Assembly (NCBI GenBank): GCA_963703285.1
Contig: OY969807.1
Span: forward strand, 1,024,001-1,088,000
Reading direction: 5' to 3'
DNA length: 64,000 bases
Source: an uncultured Nitrososphaerota archaeon
GTDB lineage: Archaea > Thermoproteota > Nitrososphaeria > Nitrososphaerales > Gagatemarchaeaceae
Below the pieces are notes generated by a model that was not told the DNA's origin, ran no database searches, and saw only the letters and a program-made list of their open reading frames with translations. This document shows positions 38,958 to 48,476 of the stretch, piece by piece (within the stretch, counting starts at the first letter, position 1; each line of letters begins with the position of its first letter). The translations under genes and the position numbers were made by a program.

Positions 38958-40230
38958 TCAGAGAGCGATCCTTGAGCCGCGCATGACCGCGAAGGGTATC
39001 GTCATCTCGTCCTCGTGGAGCCCTCCGTGGACCCCCTTCATCGCGGGCTAGGTCGGCCTCCGGGTGCCTGTACCAGACGCTTCGCGTCCCCGTCGGCAAG
39101 ATCAACAGGTTGCCGACCCGCCTTTCGAAGGTCGGCGCCGGCGCGCTCGTCCCGAAGAGCCCCGACCGGGTGACCTCCGAGGTCTTGAAGACACCGGCAC
39201 GGCCTGCCAGGGTCCCAGAGAGGTAGTCCTTCGTCTCCTCCAGCGACTCTGCCTTCACCTGAAGGTAAAGGTCCCTCGTACCACCCCAAGGGAGTATCTT
39301 CCTCCCGTTTCTGCTCTCGGCGAGGGATGCAGCCAAGCGGTCGTCACCGTCGAGCATGAGCGCTTCACCCGTCGGACTGTAGACCTGTCCGTGGTCGGCC
39401 GTCGCGAGGAAGAGGACCTTGGACATGACGGAGCCTTCCATTCGGCTGGCCAGACCCTCAGAGAGCAGGTGCGATATCGCGCTCGCTTCCAGTCTAGCCT
39501 CTTCGGTATTGGGGCCGAAAGTGTGCTCGACCGTATCAATCATGCTCCAGTAGACGTAGAAGAGGGCGGGGCCTTTGGAACTCGCGATGGTCCTTTGGAG
39601 AGAGGCGACCAGGTCGGAGCCGCTCGAGTAGGGTATGACATTGGTTCCTTCGTGGACCACGCTGGAATAGCCGCTGCGAGCTATCCTCCTGTTCAGGAAG
39701 CTGAATACCGGGATGCCTTCATCAGCGATGCGCCTGTAGACGGTCTCCCCCTCGAAGAGCATCCGCGGGTCGTTGGAGGGACGAAGCAGATCGCGGCCAT
39801 CCGCGCCCATGGGCGAGAACGGCAGCGTCTCTATGGTCATGTCGAGCTCGCTGAGATAGAGATACCACTCGATGAGGCCGTGCTCCTGCGGGGTCAGCCC
39901 AGTGGCCAGTGTTGTGAGAGCGGTCGATGTGGTCGACGGGAAGACGGTGGTTATTGGAGTGACGCGCCCCCTCTCGGTCATCTGCCCGAAGAACCCGGCA
40001 TTCTCCTGTCTCCTCCATTCCCTGTACCCCAGGCCGTCGAAGAGGAAGAGCACGACCTTCTCCACACCCGTCGTGTCGATGCCGTCGAAGGTATCGTCGG
40101 GAAGCCTCGGCCGGTCGCTCTGGATGCCCAAGAGATGGAGGACCGTCTGGGGGACCCCCGAGAGGCAGTACGACCCGTACTTCGGCAGAACGCTCCCTGG
40201 ATCGAAGCCGATGTCCCGAACCTGATTCAA
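38958..40230 (-). CDS. Alkaline phosphatase superfamily (phosphodiesterase/NPP-like), frameshift near 39045
   Basis: LFDGLG, TVFPSTTSTA, DTVEH and TADHGQ; the terminal HGGLHEDEMTIP motif lies in the shifted frame after CGCGGG 39042-39047. Confidence 0.82.
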
Positions 40231-40310
40231 GACGCGCCGGCTTGGAAGACAGCCGGCGATTTAGGGATTTGCGCCTTGAAAGAGGGGAGGGCGTAAGGTT
40301 TATTAAGGTA

Positions 40311-40330
40311 GTATACCATCGGTGATATAC
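40311..40330. promoter_or_regulatory. Imperfect palindrome downstream of the hsp20 TATA (candidate heat-shock repressor site)
   Basis: GTATACCATCGGTGATATAC directly after tttattaa (40299-40306). Confidence 0.55.
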
Positions 40331-40345
40331 AAGAAGTGATGTAGC

Positions 40346-40855
40346 ATGACAGAAAAGAACACGAAGGAAACGTCCCGAAAGCGGGATTCGACCGAGTCAA
40401 CGGCGCTCGCCCTACCAGGGTTCGGGCTCCCAAGGATCTTCGAAGAGTATATGAAGCCCTTCGATGATTTCATGGGTCCCCTATTCCCGAGTTCGATGAG
40501 TTCGCTGTGGACCGAGTTCGGACAGAAGGAGCCTAACATCGACGTACAGGACCGCGGAGATCACTTTCTGCTCACGGCGGAGCTTCCTGGCTTCGAGAAG
40601 AAGGACTTGGAGGTCCAGGTGAGTTCCAACGCCGTCGAGCTGAAGGCCGAGAAGAAGTCAGAGAAGCCCAAGAGCGGTGCCAACGGCAAGCAGGTGGAGA
40701 GGTCCTACTCCTACTTCCAGAGGTATCTGACGCTGCCCGAGCGGGTCCGATCCGGGTCGGTCGACGGGACGATGAAGAACGGCGTCCTCGAGCTGAAGCT
40801 CCCCAAGATGGAGCCGACCTCGAAGGAAGCCTCCAGAAGGGTGCACCTTAACTAG
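40346..40855 (+). CDS. Small heat shock protein Hsp20
   Basis: PNIDVQD..AELPG..ERSY..FQR.LTLP..NGVLELKLPK. Confidence 0.93.
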   Translation: MTEKNTKETSRKRDSTESTALALPGFGLPRIFEEYMKPFDDFMGPLFPSSMSSLWTEFGQKEPNIDVQDRGDHFLLTAELPGFEKKDLEVQVSSNAVELKAEKKSEKPKSGANGKQVERSYSYFQRYLTLPERVRSGSVDGTMKNGVLELKLPKMEPTSKEASRRVHLN

Positions 40856-40891
40856 GTGTACCCACCAATTTTTTGTTTTAGATGATTTGAG

Positions 40892-41557
40892 ATGAACCAA
40901 GAAGAGCTCGACGCACTCTTGCAGGTGATTGAGAACCCCGTAAGACGCAGGATCATCAAGAGGCTCAGCCAGCAGCCGTCCTACGCGCTGCAGCTCTCCA
41001 AGGAGCTGGGCCTAGGGCAGCCGCTCGTCGCCAAGCACATGGGGCTGATGGAGAGCGCTGGTCTGGTGACGTCGACCGTGGAGAGCAGCCCTTCGGGCCC
41101 CCAGAGAAGGAGGTACTCGCTTGCGAAGAGCTTCTCGATCACCATGGACCTGGCGCCGAACCTCTTCCTAGAGAGGGGGATGGCCTTCGAGGCTCAGAGT
41201 TCCAAGGCGAGGAGGTCGCGCGCCACCGAGCCGCTGCGCAGACGGGTCGAGACCGCCGCGCAAGTCCAGAACGACAGGGAGAGGCTCTCGATACTCTCCC
41301 GGGTGCTGAACGACGTCGACACCAAGATGGGGGAGATTGACGCTGATCGCGCTGACCTCCTGAGCATCCGGGACGACGCGATGCGGGAGGCCGCGAAGAT
41401 CGCCAGCAAACTCGAGGGTCCGGACAAGAGGAGGGTGCTCTTCCACATACTCGACAGCCACGACATGCAGGTCGAGAGCATCTCGGAGTCCCTGAACATC
41501 AGGGAGCTCTCCGTGCGCACCATCCTGGAAGAGCTCGAGAGAGAGTACCTGGGATAG
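40892..41557 (+). CDS. ArsR-type archaeal heat-shock regulator-like protein
   Basis: IENPVRRRII..SYALQLSKELG..SPSGPQRRRY plus a coiled coil; follows hsp20. Confidence 0.8.
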   Translation: MNQEELDALLQVIENPVRRRIIKRLSQQPSYALQLSKELGLGQPLVAKHMGLMESAGLVTSTVESSPSGPQRRRYSLAKSFSITMDLAPNLFLERGMAFEAQSSKARRSRATEPLRRRVETAAQVQNDRERLSILSRVLNDVDTKMGEIDADRADLLSIRDDAMREAAKIASKLEGPDKRRVLFHILDSHDMQVESISESLNIRELSVRTILEELEREYLG

Positions 41558-41920
41558 CTATCGTCGGGTCAGCGCTCTGCGGCTGACCTGTTCTGCCCTC
41601 GCACCCTGGGGGGCGGCCACCTTGCCCAACGACTTCTGCGCTTCCTTCATCTCTGCGACCTCGTATCCCACACTGGCGAAGAACCTGACCGAGACATCGT
41701 TCGACGGATAGATCCAACCTCTCCGTCCGTCCCATGCCCCCATGGCTGTCCCGATTATCGTCCCGCTCTCCTCTGCGACAAGGAAGAGATGCCGGTCGCG
41801 CTTGAGTTTGCGGCGAATCCCTTCGGGGTCGTCGCCGGGTCTGAGTTTCAGTCCGGACTCGGTCCAGACCTCCCTCACCTGAGGGTAGTCTCTCATCGTG
41901 AAGCCCCTTATCTTGATCAA
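41558..41920 (-). pseudogene. GNAT acetyltransferase with in-frame internal deletion
   Basis: GTAMGAWDGRRGWIY is joined directly to PSNDVSVRFFASVGYE; acetyl-CoA-binding motif A (R/QxxGxG/A) is absent. Confidence 0.7.
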
Positions 41921-42237
41921 TGGGGCCGCACATCGGGGAGTTCCTAAAAAAGGAGGGGCCGAATTGGGATTGGATCTTCTCGAGGGGCAGGACGATGAGC
42001 CCCCCGGGACCTCGGGCGGTCGTTAGCTGCAGGGGGGTTTCTTCTTCTTGGGCACCATAGGCAATCCTTTGGTGTATCTCGATTTAAGGCTGAAGGGGAC
42101 AGCGATGGACCGTGAATGAGGCACATCCTATCGAACCAGAAACCACATAACGACGCTTTGCGGACCGGTGGCTCGACTTCTCGCTGCCGTCCCTAGACCA
42201 GGTCAAGTCAGCCTTCTCACCCAGGATTAGCGCCAGC

Positions 42238-43053
42238 GTGCCGCCGACGGCCGAGGGGGTGAGGCTGCTATCGGGTCTCGGCCTGAAGTACGCCGAATTG
42301 GGTCCCTTCGAAGACAGCGGCCCCGCGAAGACCCTCGGCGTGGACGGCAGCGTCATTGCGGCCCTGAGAGAGGCTTTGCGGTCCTACGGCATCCGCGCGG
42401 CGTCGATGCACGCGCCCTTCATGGGCGAGTTCGACCTGGGCGACCTGGACGCGAGGAAGAGGGAGAAGACGATCGAGCTCCACCTCAGGCAGCTTCGCTA
42501 CTGCTCGGAGCTAGAGGTCCGGTACTACGTCGTGCATCCCGGAGGGCTGATCTACGCAGGATGGGACGACCAAAGAAAGTTGGGCATATGGTCTCACGAC
42601 CACTCGTTCGCGGAGAAGCTCTGGAAGATCAACGCGGAGGTCGTCTCGAGGCTCGCAAGGACGGGGAAGGACCTGGGTGTCGCTGTCTGCCTAGAGAACG
42701 GCTGGCTTAACGACCCCAGTTTCATGACCCGGGAGGACTTCATGGGGATCATCGAAGGGGCCAACAGCGACAACGTCGGAGCGTGCATAGATACGGGTCA
42801 CGCCAACATCGGCTCGGCGGTCAGACCCTCTGACGTGCTGAGGCGAATGGGCTCATCGGTGTGGGCGGTGCACATCTCTGACAACGACGGCTCGGGCGAC
42901 TTCCACCTGCCTCCTGGGAGGGGAAACATCGACTGGCCAGATGTAGTCAGCGCACTGGCGGAGATATCGTATGCGGGAACCCTGAACCTCGAGACGGACC
43001 CGGTCGAGGGCGTCCCCTTCCTGAGGCGACTTCTCGGCGAGCCGTCATCCTGA
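42238..43053 (+). CDS. Sugar phosphate isomerase/epimerase (xylose isomerase-like TIM barrel)
   Basis: SMHAPF, VVHPG, CLEN, IDTGH, VHISDNDG..DFHLPPG.G.IDW and LNLE. Confidence 0.88.
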   Translation: MPPTAEGVRLLSGLGLKYAELGPFEDSGPAKTLGVDGSVIAALREALRSYGIRAASMHAPFMGEFDLGDLDARKREKTIELHLRQLRYCSELEVRYYVVHPGGLIYAGWDDQRKLGIWSHDHSFAEKLWKINAEVVSRLARTGKDLGVAVCLENGWLNDPSFMTREDFMGIIEGANSDNVGACIDTGHANIGSAVRPSDVLRRMGSSVWAVHISDNDGSGDFHLPPGRGNIDWPDVVSALAEISYAGTLNLETDPVEGVPFLRRLLGEPSS

Positions 43054-43112
43054 GGTTCGAGCGCCCTTTCCACCGACCACAATACCGGCGCGGCCGAGTT
43101 CGGCGCAGGCTA

Positions 43113-44150
43113 TCATGAGGTCGCTCCGGGCTGCTGCTGGGTGATGCAGTGAATTCCCCCGAAGCCATAGACGAGCGCTTCGCAGTCTATCCCGACCACC
43201 CTCCTACCCGGAAACGCGCTCCCGATGGTCCCGAGCGCCGCGCCGTCGTTGACGTCGCGGAACGTGGGCACGAGGACGACGGAGTTCCCCACGAAGAAGT
43301 TAGCATAGCTGGCGGGGAGCCTTTCCGACCCTCCAACCTTCTTCCTAGGCATCGAGACGGGGATGACCTCCAGCCCCCTGCCGACCTCGTCCTTGGCAGC
43401 CCTCAAAAGCTCGATGTTCCTTTGCAGCGGTTCGTAGTTCGGGTCACCGGGATCCTCCTCCGCCATGCAGACGACCCTCCTGTCGCCCACGAACCGTGCG
43501 ATGTCGTCGATGTGGCCGTCAGTGTCGTCACCGGCGATCCCCTCCTTGAGCCAGACGAAGTTGGTGAAGCCGAGGTACCTCTCTAGCCTCTCCTGAATCT
43601 CTTCTCTCGACAGCTGCGGGTTGCGGTTCCTGTTGAGGAGGCACTGCTCGGTCGTGAGGCACGTCCCCCGCCCGTTCGAATCGATGGATCCTCCCTCCAG
43701 GACCATCGCGGGCTCGAGGATTGGCGCTCCCGCGTCCAGCGCGACCGCCATCCCGGTTTCGTCGTCTGCGAGCAGCTCGTCGTACTTGTTGCCCCAGGCG
43801 TTGAAAATCCACTTCGTCGCGGCGATTCGGCCGTCACGTCGGCGTACGAAGATCGGTCCGTAGTCCCGCATCCAGACGTCCGCGCTTCGTATCCTGACGA
43901 AGCGCACCCTGGTACTGCGTCCGATCAGTTGGGACGCCCTCCTCTCCATCGCATCGTCGTCCACGAGGACGTTCACCCGTTCGCCCAAAGAGAGTGAGGT
44001 CACCATGACGCGGTAGGTCTCCTCCACCTTCCCGATGATTTCCTCTGGGAAAGTCAGGGGGTCCTTCGGCCAGGCGACCCAGGTGGAGTCGTGACTCTCC
44101 CATTCGGCCGGCATCCTGTAATCTGTAGACGAACCCGGGGAGATGCTCAT
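43113..44150 (-). CDS. aguA: Agmatine deiminase
   Basis: RMPAEW, DVWMRDYGP, LEGGS, DDTDGHID, ASYANF and GGIHCITQQQP. Confidence 0.95.
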   Translation of the reverse strand: MSISPGSSTDYRMPAEWESHDSTWVAWPKDPLTFPEEIIGKVEETYRVMVTSLSLGERVNVLVDDDAMERRASQLIGRSTRVRFVRIRSADVWMRDYGPIFVRRRDGRIAATKWIFNAWGNKYDELLADDETGMAVALDAGAPILEPAMVLEGGSIDSNGRGTCLTTEQCLLNRNRNPQLSREEIQERLERYLGFTNFVWLKEGIAGDDTDGHIDDIARFVGDRRVVCMAEEDPGDPNYEPLQRNIELLRAAKDEVGRGLEVIPVSMPRKKVGGSERLPASYANFFVGNSVVLVPTFRDVNDGAALGTIGSAFPGRRVVGIDCEALVYGFGGIHCITQQQPGATS

Positions 44151-44986
44151 GGCGCTTCTGCAATGCCTTTGTACGTGGCTGTCCTCCTGTTCCGAAGGAA
44201 CCCCCACCCCTTCTCGATGTCTCTTCCCAGCTGCGTGTTGCACGATGCAAGGACGACCTGCTCGGTCTTGCCACCCCGGCGGAGGACCGTCCCGAACTGG
44301 TCGCAGACGAACGATCCGCCCCAGAAACGAGTTTCCTTCTCAACGCCCACCCTGTTTACGGCCGCTACCACCACGCTGTTGGCAATGGCGTGCCCCCGCT
44401 GCACCGTCTCCCAGGCCTCCTTCCAGTCGCCCTCGGTCTGTTCGATCCCTCTCACCGTCCCGATCGCCGTCGGGTAGAAGATGAAGTCTGCTCCCAGCAG
44501 CTTGTTCGCCCTAGCGGCTTCGGGATACCACTGGTCGAAGCAGATCAGGACCCCGAGCCTCCCGTACTTGGTCTCGAAGACCCTGTAGGCCCTCCCTGGG
44601 CTGAAGTAGTCTTGCTCGTAGAATCCCGGATCCTGCGGGATGTGGACCTTGCGGTAGGCTCCCAGTGTCTTCCCGCGTTCATCGAAGACGACGGCGGTGT
44701 TGTACGTCTTCCCCCTGAAGGCCTCGTAGAGGGACCCTCCTACAAGGACGACCTCGTTCCTCCTGGCCGCTTCTGAAAGCGCTTCCGTCGCTTCGTTCGG
44801 GAGCTTCTCGGGTCTTGTGTCAGATTCCTCTTCTTGAGGAAAGTACGGAACGTCGAAGAGTTCGGGAAGGCACACTATCTGGGCGCCCCCCTTCGCCGCC
44901 TCGCCGACCATGCGAGACGCCTTGCTGATGTTCTTCTGGCGGTCGTCCACCATCCTCATCTGGACGAGGCCGAGCTTCACTTCCAT
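44147..44986 (-). CDS. aguB: N-carbamoylputrescine amidase (nitrilase family)
   Basis: CLPELF, YRKVHIP, ICFDQWYPEAAR, YPTAIG and QRGHAIAN; overlaps the aguA start. Confidence 0.9.
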   Translation of the reverse strand: MEVKLGLVQMRMVDDRQKNISKASRMVGEAAKGGAQIVCLPELFDVPYFPQEEESDTRPEKLPNEATEALSEAARRNEVVLVGGSLYEAFRGKTYNTAVVFDERGKTLGAYRKVHIPQDPGFYEQDYFSPGRAYRVFETKYGRLGVLICFDQWYPEAARANKLLGADFIFYPTAIGTVRGIEQTEGDWKEAWETVQRGHAIANSVVVAAVNRVGVEKETRFWGGSFVCDQFGTVLRRGGKTEQVVLASCNTQLGRDIEKGWGFLRNRRTATYKGIAEAP

Positions 44987-45099
44987 GCGATTGCTTCCCA
45001 GCGATTCTCGTGGAAATTTAAACGTGCGCGGGCCGCTAGCCTCGGAATCGTACAGGGTGGGATCCGCGGAACTGAAGACCCCCCGGTTCGTCGATTGGC

Positions 45100-45546
45100 C
45101 TAGACGTTCGGCCGAGTCGCGGGGACCTCCGGCTTGACCGAGGGTGCGGGCGGGGATCGCCGCGCCACTATGATCGCCCCAATCCCTATCAGTACGAGGA
45201 CCACCTGAACCCCAAGGAGGGCCTTGAAGGCGGTGTCGCCAAGAAGATACTTCTGGAAGGAGGACTGTAACCCCACCGAACTCGTCCCAACGCTGGATCC
45301 TATGAAGAGGTCGGCCCCCATCGCACCGAACTGCACCAGACCCAGCAGGGTCAAGCCTATGATGGCCAGTTTCGGCTTCCACCAGAGGCCCCCGATAAGC
45401 CCCAGGTCCAAGACCACGAAGACGATCAGCCCCTCCGCGTGGGTCGGGGCCGCCGACCAGAGATATGAATCGGTGAGGAGTATGTATGTACCTATGGCAG
45501 CGGAGACCAGCAGGACCAACGCCGCCAGCACGTTGATGGTCTTCAA
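45100..45546 (-). CDS. Hypothetical 4-TM membrane protein
   Basis: Hydrophobic 148-aa ORF with upstream TATA. Confidence 0.7.
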   Translation of the reverse strand: MKTINVLAALVLLVSAAIGTYILLTDSYLWSAAPTHAEGLIVFVVLDLGLIGGLWWKPKLAIIGLTLLGLVQFGAMGADLFIGSSVGTSSVGLQSSFQKYLLGDTAFKALLGVQVVLVLIGIGAIIVARRSPPAPSVKPEVPATRPNV

Positions 45547-45695
45547 GCAGAAACAACTCTCTCCATAGAATATATTTAACGCTTGTCTCGGAAATCACCG
45601 AAAAACTGTTATCGTCCGAGGCGGCGCGGATCCACCTGCCTCGCGGCGCAAGGGACAGTTAGGGTTTAAAAACCGAAGTTCGCATAGAAGAAAGC

Positions 45696-45962
45696 GTGAG
45701 ACCCCAGAAAGCGTTCGTGTTGGTTAAGACAGACCCGGGCAAGGAGAGAGACGTTGCGGATAGGCTCTACAAGATTCCGGAGGTCAGGGAGGTCCACCTC
45801 ATCACCGGCGAGTGGGACATCCTCGTCGTCATCGAGACCGAGAGGGAGATTGTCCTTCCTACGGACGAGAAGGTGCTGGAGCTTGTGATGGACAAGATTA
45901 CGACGCTTCCCTACCTTCGTGATACGAATACGATGATCCCGTCGTTCTCGAAGTACAAGTGA
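45696..45962 (+). CDS. Stand-alone Lrp/AsnC ligand-binding domain protein
   Basis: AFVLVKT.PGKE..EVHLITGEWDI..TNTMI. Confidence 0.88.
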   Translation: MRPQKAFVLVKTDPGKERDVADRLYKIPEVREVHLITGEWDILVVIETEREIVLPTDEKVLELVMDKITTLPYLRDTNTMIPSFSKYK

Positions 45963-45997
45963 TCGGGGTCGGGGAGTCCGGCCGCGCTCCCCACTAG

Positions 45998-47266
45998 TTA
46001 CTGCTTCTTGAGTTCGTCGACGATAGCCTTGGCTCTGTCGAACCTGATCATCTTCTCCTGGATCATCCTGTTAGCGACGATGTCGACCATCTCTCCGGTC
46101 GCCCCCGCGTTCGCCGCCACGTTCCGCGCATGGAGCTTCATGTGACCCTTCTGGATCCCCTCCGATGCCAGCGCCCTAAGCGCGGCGAAGTTCTGCGCCA
46201 GCCCGACCGCTCCCATCACCTCGGCGAGCTCTATCGCCGTCTTGACGCCGAGTATCTTGATGGCCGACTTCGCCGCCGGGTGTGTCTTGGCAGCCCCGCC
46301 AACGAGCCCCACGGCCATGGGCATCTCAAGCGTCCCGACGAGGTCCCCCTCAGCGTTCTTCTCCCACGTCGTGAGTGACCTGTATCCTCCGCGCGTCGCC
46401 GCATAGCTGTGCGCCCCCGCCTCGAGCGCCCTGATGTCCTGGCCGCAGGCTATGCCCACGGCGACGACGCCGTTCATGATCCCCTTGTTGTGGGTCGAGC
46501 ATCGGTAGGGGTCAGCCTCCGCGAAGGCGTACGCGTACACGATGCCGTCGACGGCAGCCTCACCTCCTATGGCCTCCTTATCGAAGGTCGCCGCGGCCCT
46601 GATCAGCCTCCTGTCGGCAAGGTTGGAGATGATTCTGAGGTACACCTTCCCACCCGTGACCCTCTCCACGATCGGAGCGACTGCCTCTGCCATCGTGTTG
46701 ACGGCGTTGCCCCCCATCGCGTCGCCGGTGCTCACGATCAGCTCGGCGATAACCATGGGCCCCTTGGTGGATGAGAGCACCTTGGCATTGAGGTCCTTGG
46801 CCCCGCCTCCCAGAGAGACGAGCATGGGGTCCTGTTCGTTGGCCTTGGCGAGGATCTCGGCCTTGTGGAGGAGGAGGTCCATCCTCGCCCTGTACGGGTC
46901 CTTCACGTCGACCGCCTGGATCTGTCCTATCATTACGGGACCTGTGTTGGTGACTCGGAAGCCGCCCTTCACCCTCGCCATCTTCGCCGCGTTGCTGGCT
47001 GCGGCCACTACCGACGGCTCCTCGATGGCCATCGGGACGAGGTAGTCCTTGCCGTTTATCATGAAGTTCGTGCCTATGCCCATCGGGATGGTTATGCCCC
47101 CGATTACGTTCTCGATCATCCTGTCCGCCACCTCCCCCGGCAGCCCGCCGGTGTTGCCCAGCGTCCTTGCCTCCTCCTCCGTGAGACCCGTGAGCCTCTG
47201 GACCAGCTTCAGCCTCTCGCCCATGGGGAGCTTGTAGAAGCCGGGTTGCTCTGAAGATTCCTCCAT
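45998..47266 (-). CDS. mvaA: HMG-CoA reductase, class II (degradative type)
   Basis: MIENVIG, EEPSVVAAAS, DAMG.N, THNKGIMNG, LAQNFAA and GIQKGHMKLHA. Confidence 0.95.
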   Translation of the reverse strand: MEESSEQPGFYKLPMGERLKLVQRLTGLTEEEARTLGNTGGLPGEVADRMIENVIGGITIPMGIGTNFMINGKDYLVPMAIEEPSVVAAASNAAKMARVKGGFRVTNTGPVMIGQIQAVDVKDPYRARMDLLLHKAEILAKANEQDPMLVSLGGGAKDLNAKVLSSTKGPMVIAELIVSTGDAMGGNAVNTMAEAVAPIVERVTGGKVYLRIISNLADRRLIRAAATFDKEAIGGEAAVDGIVYAYAFAEADPYRCSTHNKGIMNGVVAVGIACGQDIRALEAGAHSYAATRGGYRSLTTWEKNAEGDLVGTLEMPMAVGLVGGAAKTHPAAKSAIKILGVKTAIELAEVMGAVGLAQNFAALRALASEGIQKGHMKLHARNVAANAGATGEMVDIVANRMIQEKMIRFDRAKAIVDELKKQ

Positions 47267-47356
47267 TTTGTTGTCGGGGTGCTCCCGCCCCGTGGGCTAT
47301 TTAATTTGAGCGAAGCCGCGGGGGTCCTGAATCGGCAAGAGCCGAAGTGCGGTTCG

Positions 47357-48307
47357 CTACTTCTTCAGGAGCCGATGGAGCGTCTCTCTGTCCACCTTCA
47401 GGAGACCCACTTCTGGGAGCCTGGAGAGCAATGTCTTGAGGTCCTTGTTGGCCCTGAAGGCCGATCTAAGCACAGATTCTCCCTTCGAGGTCTCGCCGTG
47501 GTTCAGAAGCGTGACTCCCTGCCAGAACCCAAGCTCCGGGTTCTCGGGGGACAGCTCGGCCGATCTCTTGTACTCCTCAAGGGCCTTCGCGTTCTCGCCC
47601 TTCTCCATCAGGAGGTCTCCGTTGTCTGCGTGGGTGAACGCCTCGTGAATCCTGAGGAGCCTCCTCATCTCGACGAGGGGCTTGGGGTTGTCCTCGACGC
47701 GGAGGTCGACCACCCTGTCGTGCCATGGAGTACCGCTGCCCAAGACCTTGACTATCAGGATGGCGGCCGACTGCCTACCCCTGAGGTCGCCTCCCGCCTG
47801 CTCCGCGCTCTCGAGCGCGAGCATGAGCCTCTCTGCCAGGCTTCCCTTCGACCTCCTGAAGGAGGTGGCCATGGCCTTCCAGACCCGACGGTTGCGCATG
47901 ATGTTCGCCTGGGCGCTGAACCCTCGGCCCGACTCGTGCCCGGCCTCGGGCATGCACTTGCGCCCGGTATGTACCGCGACCCTTCCCCGGGAGTCGAGCA
48001 TCGCCACCTGCCTCACCTCAGGCCTCGGGTCGGTCGCCAGGAGCGACTTCAGCGCCTGCTGAGGAGTCTTCCCGCCCTTCATGAGGGCGAGCCCCAGCGG
48101 ACCGTAGCTCACCTCGACCGAAGCCTGGGTTGCGACCACCCCGACCCCGGCCTCCGCCCACGTCACCACCAATCCGACCGAGAACCAGTGCGACTGGACG
48201 GCGACGCCCATCTCCCCAGTCCTCCTGTCGATGGCCACGATGGAGTAGGTGTCAACCGGCCGCATGGGGGCCTGACCGGAGTAGTCTGGATAAAGCTCTT
48301 CTTCCAT
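47357..48307 (-). CDS. DUF1028 (Ntn-hydrolase-like) protein with C-terminal TPR
   Basis: TYSIVA.D..GVAVQS..VATQ..RQVA..HTG..GGDLRGRQSAA..DLRVED; the start may instead be 48265. Confidence 0.88.
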   Translation of the reverse strand: MEEELYPDYSGQAPMRPVDTYSIVAIDRRTGEMGVAVQSHWFSVGLVVTWAEAGVGVVATQASVEVSYGPLGLALMKGGKTPQQALKSLLATDPRPEVRQVAMLDSRGRVAVHTGRKCMPEAGHESGRGFSAQANIMRNRRVWKAMATSFRRSKGSLAERLMLALESAEQAGGDLRGRQSAAILIVKVLGSGTPWHDRVVDLRVEDNPKPLVEMRRLLRIHEAFTHADNGDLLMEKGENAKALEEYKRSAELSPENPELGFWQGVTLLNHGETSKGESVLRSAFRANKDLKTLLSRLPEVGLLKVDRETLHRLLKK

Positions 48308-48345
48308 GAAGGATAAAAGCCGCAAGTTTCAGGGCCGAACAACTA

Positions 48346-48453
48346 GGGCCGGTCGTCTAGCATGGTTAGGACGTCGCTCTGACACTCCAGAGCAGAAGAC
48401 GGCGAATGCAGGATCCGCCAAGGTCCCCGGTTCAATTCCGGGCCGGCCCACCA
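48346..48453 (+). tRNA. tRNA-Val(GAC) with two 15-nt introns (48385-48399 anticodon loop; 48407-48421 at 44/45), CCA encoded
   Basis: Acceptor GGGCCGG/CCGGCCC-A-CCA; removing both inserts gives TCGCT-CT-GAC-AC-GGCGA-AGGTC-CCCGG-TTCAATT-CCGGG. Confidence 0.88.
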
Positions 48454-48476
48454 CCCTTTCCAACGGCTCCCGCCCC

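Noticed and set aside
45998-47266. Class II HMG-CoA reductase as a novelty
   Set aside because: Class II enzymes are already known in several archaeal lineages.
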